From the NCBI GenBank assembly GCA_012295275.1, contig CM022669.1, positions 6,696,001-6,760,000 of the forward strand: DNA of 64,000 nucleotides. The letters are read 5' to 3'. The notes under the pieces were generated by a model, which searched no databases, had not been told where the DNA came from, and was given only the letters and a program-made list of their open reading frames with translations. Positions 15,905 through 28,303 of this stretch are shown piece by piece. Each line of letters opens with the position of its first letter. Positions within the stretch are counted from its first letter, which is position 1. Both the position numbers and the translations under genes were made by a program. The stretch is from Chrysomallon squamiferum. Taxonomy: Eukaryota > Animalia > Mollusca.

Positions 15905-16312
15905 ACAGGGCGTGATTTTCATTTGCAAAATGGTGATAAATTTAACATCAATATTTTAATTTACTTCTTTGTTTGTTAAATCGTTTCTTTCTATAACTGC
16001 TATGGATTTAGTTTTTATTTTTTTATTGTTTATTTTATTTTATTATTTTTTGTTTCAATTACTGAAGAATAGTTTTTTTATTTATTTATTTATTTTTATT
16101 TTTTTATTTGGGCATAACAGATTATAATTATTTCATATAGAATGAAATAAAATAACTTTCTTTGTTTTGAATCGTACCATTTTGCATTTTCTATTCAGTA
16201 GAAATTTTAGGATTCTGAAAACCAAGTTGATGTTAAACATTCAACATATACACGATGAACTTTCCTCTTTTTTATATTTTTTATTTATTTATTTAGATTT
16301 TTTATTATTTTA

Positions 16313-16363
<51 letters not shown>

Positions 16364-17360
16364 ATTTTTGCATTATTTTGGCTTAATTTTTGCATTATAC
16401 AGAAATTGCAAAAAATATATTTGAAATACAACTACTTTAATGCAAAAAATGCTTCTATTTAGTAATAAAATGCTATGGAAATTTTATGTTCGCTACTAAA
16501 TGAATTTATAAGACATTTTAAAATAAAGAACATAATTTAACAAATAAAAATAAATCTGGAGCGCTTAGGAGCCCAACTAAATAATAATAATAAAATGTAA
16601 AATCAATTCTTCAAAATATTCTTAAAGGTCAGGAGAAAGCTCAGTCAGTTGTGACTTTTTTATATTGTGATTTTTAATTTATAATTTGTGATCAAAATTC
16701 CTCTTTTTGGAAAGTGAATTACTTCTTAATTTTCTTCTATATTAATGAAGTTAAATTTTCCGTAGTTAATACCAGTCATTTATCAGTTTTATTCTACTAC
16801 ATACAACATATTTAGTAGCTGTCCCAGAGAGCAATGATACAAAATCAGAAGCAGTAAGAAATGTTGTTCTTGTTCTTACTGTTGTTTTGTCTTGGTACTT
16901 TTTAAAAGTCTATGTTTATGTTACGTCATACATATGGATACTGATCCACACTAACAAGAACAACAACAAGAATAAAAATAACAATAACAATGAAAAATAA
17001 GAAAGAAAAAAAAAAAAAACGACGGTGACTGGATAATAAAACCTTACTGTATATGTTTCTAAGGTGATATGGTGTGACCATTGGTGCCAGTCTAAAGAGA
17101 CTTATTGTAAAACCTGTTTTCAAAGTGTTTCGAATCGATCCTTACGATGTGTTCTGTTACAATATTTCTTTGTTTATTTCAGTGTTTATTTTGTTGTTTA
17201 TCTGCAATAAAATGTCAATTATTCTAAAGATTTTGTTTTCCAGTAGCATTAAAATTTAACCGTCTTCATATAACAAAATAAAAGCAATTAATTTTAATAT
17301 TTAGCTAGATTCACAGATATTTTTAAGACGTCATTTTTTCTTTCTTTCTTTCTTTCTTTC

Positions 17361-17427
<67 letters not shown>

Positions 17428-17542
17428 GATGTAAGATAAAAAAAAAACTGACATCTTCAGTTTAATAATTAATGTCGTGAAGTTAATTTAGCCAAACGTA
17501 TTTTTTATTTTATTTTTTTCATTTCTTCTTTCTTGTCATTAT

Positions 17543-20500
17543 TTACGTGTTTATTTTAGCTGCTTTCTCATTTTTTTCCACGGCTTTATCAAATAGTTGT
17601 CTGTTGAGCGAGATTTCGTTTTCTTTTAACAAAATGCAATCGTCTCTTATAAGAGAAAATGATCTGTTCCATTTAGAAGATGGAACATTCAAAGTTTTAT
17701 CAGAAGTTTTGTCTCTGCAAAACGTTTCGACTGTTTTCCTCACTTTATGAAACTCTTTGACTTCATCGAAGAAATCCTCACTAGCAGAAGCCAGATGTTT
17801 CTTCCAGAGTGTTTCGTTAAAATGGTTGTAAATTACGAAATCCGCCATTTGATATTTTTTGATAATCTCTGTCTGTTGCGCAGTTAAATCAGATGGTTTC
17901 ATGATGTGAGTTTCATGATAAAGTTTAGGGATGTAAATAATATCTTTGAAATCCCAGCAAAGATGTCGTTTCAAAAGTATAAGGACTCGTCGAAGTATTC
18001 CAAGATCATGACAAACTGAAAATCTTCATCCAGCTGTTTAACATATTTGAGAACAAAGTACAAGTCATTCAATTTGTCTTCGGGCATTCCGAAATCCATT
18101 GCCACACTGTTGAACAGGAATCTGGTTCTCATTCCAGGTTTCTGAAGATTTTTTTCGTCAAGAAACTTCGCCATCAACGGAACAGTTAGTTTCAATCTTT
18201 TATCGGAAGGTTTAATGTTATTTCTCTCATTCATTTCCTTAGCAAATTTTCTTGGTAAACCGAAATAGCTAATTGATGATATCAGTCTGGACACTGGTTG
18301 TCTGACTATGGCAAAGTAAAACGTATCACTGGGAAAGAGGGCTCGAATAACGGTTCTGTTGTAAACAATGTGATTGCACAGAATGTTAAACGTTTCCCCT
18401 TTCGGTGCTGGAATAATGTTCGACTTATCTAAAGACGCGTGTAGACTTATGACGTTCTCTAAGAAGGATCCTTTTGGTTTGTTGGGCAACATCACATTAA
18501 GATTGTTCAGTATTGCAAACCTCTGCAACATCGTTGTTACCGTTGAACTGGCGCACTTGTGAACTTTAAGAAAAGCGACGTTCATTTTCTTGATACACGT
18601 CTTTACTGGTGCTGAAGTTGATTTCGTTTTTGAAAATATTCCTTCTCCACTAATGTTGTGTATATTAGCATGAATAAAATCACGTAATGTGCTGTTTGAC
18701 TTAATAAAATCACTTACAGTGTTTTTGCACATTACACAATCACCAGATATACTTTTAATATTCACTAAAAATTTCGTTCTGAAATTGTTGTTTGTGAAAA
18801 GTATCGCTACTGACATTAGTAGAAGAACACTTATGAGTATAAACAGCCTGAAATGAGAATGTAGAAAGTCATTACTGCAAACAACACACTGGAACGTGAT
18901 AAAAAGTGTACAGTAACGAAAAACTATCGTAACGGAGGATTACGTATTCTAGCCTAGAACTGAATACTAGCTTATCTTAATGGAAATATGCCTAGCTGAT
19001 GTTAGTGTAAATAAGCCTCACTTAGCCTTGCATAATGTAGCATAACAAACTGTACAACAGCTAACTAGCAACAAAACAGCAGATATCTTAACAATAATAC
19101 AGTGAAGCAGAGTTTAGATTTAAGTTCACCATCTCACTGGATATTCTAAGATTTATTTATTAAACAATGTGATATCTTCACTTGAGTGTAAGGAAAAGAG
19201 AAACCAGACAAACATTTCTAAGTCGTATATCTGTGGATCGTACAGCGAACAAATAAGAGTCAACCCAACATTCCTTCTGTCACACCATTTTTACAATCAT
19301 ATTTGCTAAATATTTACGTGACCCAAATCATTTAATCAGTGATTAAGTCACACCTTCGTGGTTGTTGGATTGTGTCGATATTTATATACTTTATTTCACA
19401 AGTTTCAGTTATACAAATCACATTATATAGCTTATGTGCTTGTAAAAGTATGCTTAGATAAGGATGTAATAACGTAAAACCTGGAAAATCTTGACTAACT
19501 TTTGCGCCTACATATCTTTCAAAGAATTTGTATTATTATAAATGTATGACTCTTCTTTCACCTGTTCTTATAATTAAACAAATACTTATTTTCCATCAAA
19601 CGAGTAAAATTATATTTTTTCCGTGTTGTTTTTAATGTTGGTATTGTGAATTAACCCTTGATTACATTTTTCTAATTCATATGATATTAGTTCTCTAAAA
19701 CGTTTTTTCTTTTAATTATTATATTTTTTTTTAATTGCGTCACAGTATCAGTAATAATGAAATACTTACTTCGATAATTTCTTACGAGCACCGAATACCC
19801 AAAGGAGCCTCTTCAACGTTTCAGTATCCTGTAAAATATACATTACTGACATTTCTTTCTGATACATTTTTCACTTTCTGTGTGTCTAACTTTTCTTTCG
19901 TCTTCGTCTGTGTCTGTGTTTGTTTCTCTATCTATCAATAAATGTACGAGTATCTTGTATATCCTAATGGATGTATGTGTGTATATATGTATGTATGTAT
20001 GTATGTATCAGGTTTGGACAAAAGATTTTGCGGGTTTTACCAAGTGCCCTAAAAATAAACAAATCTTCCATCACGATAATGTCCATCGTTAGATAGACAA
20101 AAATGCAGGGATCTGCTAGAAAATTTCGGCTCGAAAAAAAAAAAAAAAAAATGCTGCTGCAATGTTATTTTCCTTTGGACTTTAGTTTGTTTAGTACTTT
20201 ATAAAACCGTTTTGACGTTCTAAGATTGACATCAACAGAAGCGGTCGAAAAAGAGTTGGTTTGTTATTTCTCAGTAAAATCTGACGAAAGCGGTTTCAGT
20301 AAACACACTGAAAGATGGAATGATGTTATAGACGAAAGTGGAAGATATATCTATTAAAAACAGAACGACCTTTTATTCCAAACTGATATATACATAGCTG
20401 TGTATGTGTGTGTGCGCGCGCGTGTGTGTGTGTGTGTGTTGTGAAGTCCTTGTATGCTTCGAGTTCGAATGGTGTGTGCATGAATATATGTAAGTATACG

Positions 20501-20725
20501 TGTATGTGTATGTATGTGTGTATGTATGTAGCTGTGTGTATATAATCTCTCTATCTGTCTCTCTGTTCCGTCTTTCCATCTATCCCTCTTTATAAATGTT
20601 GATCCAACACACATTTGAAAATAAGTCAGTTACAATTAAATATAAATTTCTAAAAACACAAACACATTTTGCTGTTAAGGTAGGAAATTTCCCCTCTAAA
20701 ACTTATTTATAACAATGTCACACAG

Positions 20726-20761
<36 letters not shown>

Positions 20762-20802
20762 TTCATAAAATGTAATTTAACATTCACCTTTTCATAAATC
20801 AT
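17543..20802 (-). CDS. GAL3ST: GAL3ST-family sulfotransferase copy C (exons 20788-20802, 19770-19828, 17543-18847), with a 1-nt deletion in the catalytic exon
   Basis: Exon 1 ATG ATT TAT GAA AAG|gtgaat (tentative). The 59-nt exon 2 (DTETLKRLLWVFGARKKLSK) has cag/gtaagt borders. Acceptor tttcag|G at 18847. Motifs FLKVHKCASSTV and IVRQPVSRLIS. GAG TC-CTT ATA at 17983/17984 lacks a T present in copies D-F (GAG TCT CTT ATA), which splits ORFs 17971-18816 and 17543-17974. Confidence 0.87.
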
Positions 20803-21143
20803 GGGCCTTTTCCAATATTGGATTTACTTAAATTAATCATGCTTTGCCTTGAACGTCATTAACAGATTAAAGATATAACAGCGTGTATTACTTGATATTT
20901 ATATCTGTAGCAGCTGTCATCAGTTACTTGCTACCTATGTGAAAAGATAAACTTTTTTTAATCGTGTGCTATTGATGAACTTTTAACAGGAGTTTAATAA
21001 TTCACATCAAAATCAACACATGTTGTTGTAACTGTCGTACAAGAGATTTTCACAGGAGATCGGTGTGCGACTGAAAAAAAAAGCTCGAGGATGAATCGGT
21101 TGTAGCACTAGCAGCTGACACAGTTTTTGAGCTGAGATGCGGT

Positions 21144-21327
21144 TCATTCATTGATTCGTCCATACGTCTTCCTGTCCATTCATTTACTGATTTCTTTCAT
21201 CAGTGCATTCATTCATTCCTTCACTCATTCACAGAGTAATTTATTTATTCATCCATCCATCCATCCACTGGTTTGTTCTTTCATTCACGCATACATTCAT
21301 TATTCTTTCATTTATCCCTTAATTCAT

Positions 21328-21359
<32 letters not shown>

Positions 21360-21500
21360 TCACCCATTCATTCATTCTCTCTAAGTCGTTCTGTCAGTTC
21401 GTTAATGATTTATTTATTTATTTTAAACGGTTTATTCTTTCAATCTTTCCTTTATCTTTCTTCCATCCATCCGCCCATTCATTTATTCTTTCATTCATTT
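21144..21500. repeat. Degenerate (TTCA/TCCA/TTTC)n tetranucleotide repeat
   Basis: Directly visible. Confidence 0.8.
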
Positions 21501-21935
21501 ATACGACGGTGAGAAGTAAACTTCGACATCGATCTACGTTTTCACAAAACAAGTGGATGGGAATGAATGGTGGAGGAAACTACGAGCTATGCAGGTGCAT
21601 TACGAAACTTACCTGGAAAATAATAGAATGAAGCGATAGACGAATAGCAAAGGGTATTACTACATTTTCTTTTATTAAAAATTGGATTACCTGATGTTCA
21701 AATATACAGTCAAAATTTTGTGAAAGATGTGAGCTGCTTATTTCTCTTCTGTGTATTTACCTATGTGCGTAGGTATGCAGGTATGTTGCATCTAAGCATG
21801 GTGCATGTATCTTTGTGTCTAATACTAAAATGTGTTTTGATGATTTACTTATTTAGATTTACTTATTTATTTTGAAACTTAACTATAAAAACATACCTTC
21901 ATTTCCTGAACCTCTAAAGTTGTACGCTGAAACAG

Positions 21936-22465
21936 TCAATCTTCGTCGTGAAAGAAAATTTCGTTTTTAATGCAAATATTTGTTTTGTGAGTAAATCTTC
22001 TTCTTTTTGTACCTGAAGCCAGTTCTTCACTTTTAATATAGATATTGGAGGTTGGAAAAAAAAAATCTTCGTCTCTAAAACAATATTTGTTGTCTAAAAA
22101 TGATTTTTTTTTTTTTTCGGTATCAGATCTTCCTAATAATGTATATGGTCTTCTTCAAAAAAATAAAAAAATCATCCTTTCTCAAGCAAATCTTCACTTT
22201 TGTAGAAAAGTCTTTCATTTTGTCAAACGTCTTCGTTTCTAAAGCAAATGTATGTTTTTAAATCAAATGTTCTTGTTTAAACGAAATGTCGTTTATAAAC
22301 AAAAATATTGGTTCCGAAAGAAAACCACTTTTTAAACAAACCATTGTTTTTATAGCTTATTTTCCGTTCCAAACAAATTCACCCGTCTAACAGCCAATCA
22401 ATTCAAAAGAAAATTTTCGTCTTTAAATCAAACAGTCTTGCGAAAAGCAGATCGTCGTTTCAATA
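21936..22465. repeat. Old degenerate minisatellite, period about 19-20 bp (approximately AAAGCAAATCTTCGTTTTT)
   Basis: Units such as aagcaaatcttcactttt, aaagcaaatgtatgttttt, aaatcaaatgttcttgttt, aaacgaaatgtcgtttat and aaagcagatcgtcgtttc. Confidence 0.6.
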
Positions 22466-23890
22466 GCGAGTATTGTTGGACACAGAATGCATATTAAGCG
22501 TAGTTTAAACGTCGGAGATTAGGTAAACAATATAAAATAAACAAAATCCTTTGAAACATTTTACGTGAAGAAAAACATACAACAATAAATGAATTCTGAT
22601 TTCCGCTCAGTAAAGCATCGATCGAGTAGGTAAGAACCTTGGGAAAAGGCAGCTCTGTGACATTTTAATAAAACGATATTTAATGGATAGCTTTTTACAC
22701 TATGGGGTTACTGAAAATATGGACGCAATCAGAAACCTTTCCCTTTTTTGGGGGCGGGAGAATGATTCGATTAAGTACTGTTGGTATTTACGATTTTCTT
22801 TTCTGTCACATAGTATAGTAATTCTACTCTCACTGAGTTATTAATTTCATAAACTTACACACCTACATAATCATACATGCATGTATGTATAATAAACATA
22901 AATTCATGTGCATAATGTGTAATAAAATATTTGTTTAATTTGCATAATTATTCTGAGCTTTGCTTAGGTGTTTTTTTTATCAATATCACATGGTTTGTTG
23001 GCGTTTTCTGGAGGTGGGCTGTATGTTTTTTTAATTTCTTCTTTTCTTTTTTTTTTTTTTTTTTTTTTCTTTCTCTCCATTTGTACTTTTTTCTAAAGAT
23101 ATTTGATCTAAAGTTAATCAATGGACCACAGTAAAGAAATTTTAATAACTATTCCCGCACTCAGTATAAAAGAGATCTGCGTGTTAATATTTGTCGTTCA
23201 CTTCGCTACTTGAATCTCTCGTTATCTTTTGTGCTGTCAACAGAAACGTGACAGTTGGTCTCTTTCAAGCACATCTTTCAAACATGCAAGAAAAGACAAT
23301 AGTTATAGATTGGAATGCTAACTCTTTTTCACACAGGCTGATAAATCACTGGCCTGATATGTGCACGGTCGTATGATCTAAACCGCACAGTGATCCTTTG
23401 CACTATTTCCCGTTCTAGACACCGCGCTGTGGCTACATTCGGATGAAACATCCCTCACTTGTAATATAAAACGAGTAGTTCATGTTTTTTAATATATTAT
23501 ATATATACATGCACATACACATTACATGTACATAGGTACGTACATATATATATATATATATATATATATGCGTCCCTACGAGTGTATATTATTACGTAAA
23601 TAATCATGTGTTTATTTATGTATGTGTGTATATAAATAACCATATGTCTGTGTATGTGTATAGTTATTTACATATGTATGTGTATATATTTATTTTCCAA
23701 ACATATAACCTTTTATTGGCTCTTCTCAGTTTTCCTAATCAAATTTGTAAACCAGCTGTCGCTCCTACAGTTCATGTTCAAGTCAGTTATAAAATATTTA
23801 TATGACTTAACGTATATCGTGGACATCCACGCCACACAACTGAGTAAATGAGACGCTAATATTGATTAAAAATTTAAAATTTCCTATACT

Positions 23891-24053
<163 letters not shown>

Positions 24054-24431
24054 AAGTTGGAAGCTGAGAACGTAGATCGATGTCGAAAATCCTTTCTCTC
24101 ATTGAAATTTTAGCTTGAGTAATCTAAAGGGGCGTACATATCCGAAAAACTATTTTTATTTTATTTTAATCTTCCTCGTTCTTGTTTAAATAGAAGGTCG
24201 ATTTACCAGTGTGTACATGATGTAGATGGATCAGTAAATGTTTATATGTGTGGGTGCTTAGATAGAAGGACGGAAAAGACAATGGATGGATGGCTACATG
24301 CATAGAGATATGAATAAACGACCAGGCTCAGTTACTCAATTAATTGTCACATCGAAGAAGAAACCAAATTTTAAATACAAATACGCACATATGTGATTAT
24401 GTGTTTGTATATATGCATGTATATATGCGTG

Positions 24432-24437
<6 letters not shown>

Positions 24438-24465
<28 letters not shown>

Positions 24466-24515
24466 TGTATGTATGTATGTATGTATGTATGTATGTATGT
24501 ATGTATGTATGTATG

Positions 24516-24545
<30 letters not shown>
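24438..24545. repeat. (TATG)n microsatellite
   Basis: Directly visible. Confidence 0.95.
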
Positions 24546-24546
<1 letters not shown>

Positions 24547-25255
24547 GTTATTTTCATCAATATATGTCATAAACCAACTACAAGCAGTAGAAACTCTAAT
24601 AAAAAAAAGAGCTTGGAAATAGTATTTATTACAAACCTTTTACTGTATTATGTATAGCACTCCCATGCTAAGTATATCGAGTTTACAATTCGACATCTGT
24701 TCAGTTTAAGTACAAAATTAAATACATTTTTTGTTATATCATTATCTTTAGTTACTTCAGTTTAATGTTTCTGATGACGACAAAAATGTCTTATATCTCC
24801 TAAACGTGTTTAACTTCGGGGCTCGGCTATCAAGCTGTCATCATTTTAATTTACCACCCAGTCCTTTGAAAGAGTTTATTTTTCAGAAACCATTCGATTA
24901 AATTTCAGAACAGACCTTAAGAAAAGATTCACAAAAAAATATGTCCTATTTAGAATACCATGTGAATAAATATTTGCTTTGCCAACGAATAACAATATTT
25001 TCAATATTGTGCTAAAACCTGCTATTTTATTATGAAGCAGTGGCGTAACGAATGTTTGATTATATTTCTTTCATTCAAACAGCCGGGCAGAAAACAAACA
25101 ATTCTGTATTTTTAATAAAAACAGTTCCAAGAACAGAACTCTATGTTCTTTTCAACTAGTTATAATCAACATCTTTTCAACTAGTTATAATCACCTTTCA
25201 ACTAGTTATAATCACCTTATACCTTATTTTGACAAAGTCTGCTTATAACTTAAAA

Positions 25256-25449
25256 TGTATGTTTGTATATGCATGTATGTATGTACGTATGTATTTTAGA
25301 ATTTTGAATATTCTTTGTCGTGTGTACCTATGATTAGACTCTGCACCTAGACAATATTCGAGAACGCACTTGCGCGGGAAGACAAGGTCCAATCACAACC
25401 TAACAAACCGCTTCAGATGCCGCTGACGAGACTCGAACGAATGGCACCC
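25256..25449 (-). mobile_element. SINE-like interspersed repeat with a B-box-like GTTCGAGTC and a (TACA)n tail
   Basis: Minus strand reads GGGTGCCATTCGTTCGAGTCTCGTCAGCGG...GAATATTGTCT..GTGCAGAGTCTAATCA...GAATATTCAAAATTCTAAAATACATAC. Related copies at 26391-26551(-), 28911-29000(+), 34759-34892(+), 35576-35650(+) and 35674-35824(+). No A box seen. Confidence 0.55.
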
Positions 25450-26027
25450 TAATGATAACTCTAACCCTAACCTTAATACTAACCCAGACTCTAACCGAAA
25501 CCCTTGACCTGACTCTAATCCTAATCCTAATAATAACTCCTAACCTTTACCCTAACATCTATCCTAAAACTAACCCTAATTGTTGCCTTATTCCTAATTA
25601 GCTCTAACTGTAACCCCCTAACCTTTTTCATAATCATAAACCAATATTAACTCTAGCACTAACACTAACTCTGATTGTAAACCTAAGCCTAATATTAGCC
25701 ATAAACCTAACCCATGACAGTAAACCTTGACCTAACCCTGACTCTAATCCTAACCACAAATTTAACCTTAACCCTAACCGTAAATTGATTCTATCCATAA
25801 TCCTAAACCAAACCCTAACCTTAGCCGTAACCCTGACCTTTATCCTGAAACTAACCTTAACTCTAAATCTAACCTTAAACGTTAACTATACCTAACTATA
25901 ACTATAATTTTAACCTTAACCCAAACTCCAACACTTACTCTAAATCTAATCCTCTCTCTAACCCTAACCCTAATCCTAACCCTAATCCTAACCCTAGCCT
26001 TAACCCTAACCCTAATCCTAACCCTAA
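25447..26027 (-). repeat. Degenerate interstitial telomere-like array, (CCCTAA)n on the plus strand
   Basis: Hexamer variants ccctaa, tcctaa and ccttaa; purest at 25960-26027. Confidence 0.9.
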
Positions 26028-26390
26028 TACTTAGTTTAAACCAAATTGACAATATTTGTTTCTTTGAATGTATTTTAGGATTTGAACATTTTCTGTCTTA
26101 TATTTGAGTTTTGATCGATCTTTCCTAATATAGTAACAGATGGAAAGAAAAACAGTAGGAATGCTGAAAACACAGCGAAGTAAATTAAGTTAATTTCAGA
26201 ACTATCTAAGTAAATCTGTAATTGTTAAAGACACGTCACCAACTAAGCGATTTGGATGAACGAAACTTTACATAGATATATACATTTAGTAGAAAATTAC
26301 TCTCAGTGCAGTCACCTTAGATCACAAAAAATTGCGAAATATCTTGCCTGGCTTTTCTCACACCATAGGAGCTTGATCTTTCATCAGGGA

Positions 26391-26551
26391 GTGTTTGTAT
26401 GTCTTTTGAATATTCTCTGTCTTATGTACGTCTGATTAGACTCTGCACAAAGACAATATTCGAGTACGCACTGGAGCAGGAAGACAAAGTCCAAACACGA
26501 TCTCATAAATCCCGTCATTAACCACTGACGAGACTCGAACGTATGACACCC
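26391..26551 (-). mobile_element. SINE-like repeat copy
   Basis: Homologous to 25256-25449 and the inverse of 35674-35824. Confidence 0.55.
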
Positions 26552-27016
26552 ATATTATGTATATATGTACGTACGTATGTATGCGTCTGTTTATGTATGT
26601 ATGTATGTATGTGTGTATGTATGTGTGTGTCTGAGTGAGTGTTTGCGTAAGGTTTGTATGTATATATATAGGTATATATATTTATTTATTTATTAAGCCT
26701 ATCGTCTATGACTTGTTTCGCTCTACGCTATGGCACGACTGAAACGTCACTGATTGCGAATCTAAAAAAACAAATACATAGTTCGTGTTTGTTCATATCA
26801 TACATTTGTGTATACCTGGTAGTGTCAATTCATGTGTAGCGTAATCAAAACATGATACGAAGTCCTTTTGAACTCTGGCTTTGAAGGATTTGAAAACCTT
26901 TCTTTAGAAGAAATAAAAAAATAAATAAAAAGGCTATCGACTAGGATATCTATTTCTGGTCGATTTTTGTTTTGTATAAAAATAAACAAAATAAAATATT
27001 TATCGTTACGATTGTA

Positions 27017-28052
27017 GCTAGGGTTAAGGTTAGGATCAATATTAGGGTTAGGGTTAGCATTAGGATTAGGGTTTCGGCTTGTGGGTTCTGATTAGGTTTA
27101 TAGTTATTGCTCGGTTTAGAGTTAGTGCTAGGGTTAAGGCTAGGGCTAGTGCAAGGATTATGGCTAGATTGGGGTTAGATTAGGGTTAGTTTTATTACTA
27201 GGGTTAATGGTATTATTACAGATAGGATTAGGGTTAAAACTTAGTGTTATGATTATGTCTAGATTGATATTAGGATTGCAGTTAGGTTTAGGTTAGGCTT
27301 AGTTTTACGACTGGATTTATAGTTATGATTTCTGCTAAGGTTAAGGTCTGCTTTAGGATTAGGGTTAGAGTTAATTTTTACGGTTTGAGTTACGGTTAGG
27401 GTTACGCTAATGGCATGGTAGAATTAAGGTTAATATTAGGGTTAGAGTGAGATTTATGGTTAGGTTTTTGTGTTAGGGTTTGGATTTGGGGTAATTTTAG
27501 ATTTGGATTTAGGGTTAGGTTTATAACTAGGGTTGCGGTTAAGTTTAAGTTAGTGTTAAGGTTACAGTTAGGGTTAGGGTTAGGATTAGGATTAGGATAA
27601 AATTTAGAGTTATGATTACGATTAGCTAGGGCCGGAGTTATGGGCAGAGTGAGAATGGGGTTAGGGTTAGGATTAAGGTTAGTGTTATGTCTAGGGTTAA
27701 TATTAGGATTACATTTAAACTTAGGGTTAGATTTGATATTTTGGTTAAGTTTAGGGTTAGGATTAGGATTAGTATTAGTGTTAGTTAGGATCAGGGTTAT
27801 CGTTAAGGTTAGAGTTAGGGTTGGGGTTAGGTTTACGTTAGGTCTTAGGTTGGTGTTATGGTTAGGGTTAGGAACGAGTTGGTGATAGGGCTAGGATTAG
27901 ATTTAGAGTTAGGGTTAGGTTTAGCATTAGGTTTAGGTTTAGGTTTAGGGTTAGGTTTAGGTTTAGGGTTAGGGTTAGGGTTAGGGTTAGGGTTAGGGTT
28001 AGGGTTAGGGTTAGGGTTAGGGTTAGGGTTAGGTTCAAGATTAGATTTAGAC
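27017..28052 (+). repeat. Degenerate interstitial telomere-like (TTAGGG)n array, including 11 perfect units at 27963-28028
   Basis: Directly visible; reverse complement of most of 33400-34350. Confidence 0.92.
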
Positions 28053-28303
28053 TTAAGGATTCAGAATAACGCATATAGCCGATCCGAGGTAAATGAGTGT
28101 TATTGTAGTTTATGGTGTGTGTTATTTCAGTCGATTGAATCACTCTATCAGATAATATTTATCAATCACTAACATCTCCAGCAGTTCATTGCTTTTGATG
28201 TTACCACCTGTTGCAAAAGCAGAAAAGGCTTAATCAGTACAACTTACAATATATTTGTCAATAAGTAAATCAAACGCGTGCAAATTTCCTTTGACAAACC
28301 AGT

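Noticed and set aside
25149-25216. Three copies of tttcaactagttataatca as a CRISPR-like array
   Set aside because: There are no unique spacers or cas genes and the context is eukaryotic; it is a simple tandem triplication.
25423-25441. CTGACGAG-ACT-CGAAC as a minimal hammerhead ribozyme core
   Set aside because: It lacks the invariant GAAA and I saw no convincing stems I and III. It is better read as a B-box-like motif on the opposite strand.
25447-28052. (CCCTAA)n - 1 kb - (TTAGGG)n as an integrated telomere-capped mini-chromosome or a chromosome fusion site
   Set aside because: Unit 2 shows the same sequence as one continuous array, so a local inversion explains it. The orientation is also opposite to that of an end-to-end fusion (TTAGGG then CCCTAA).
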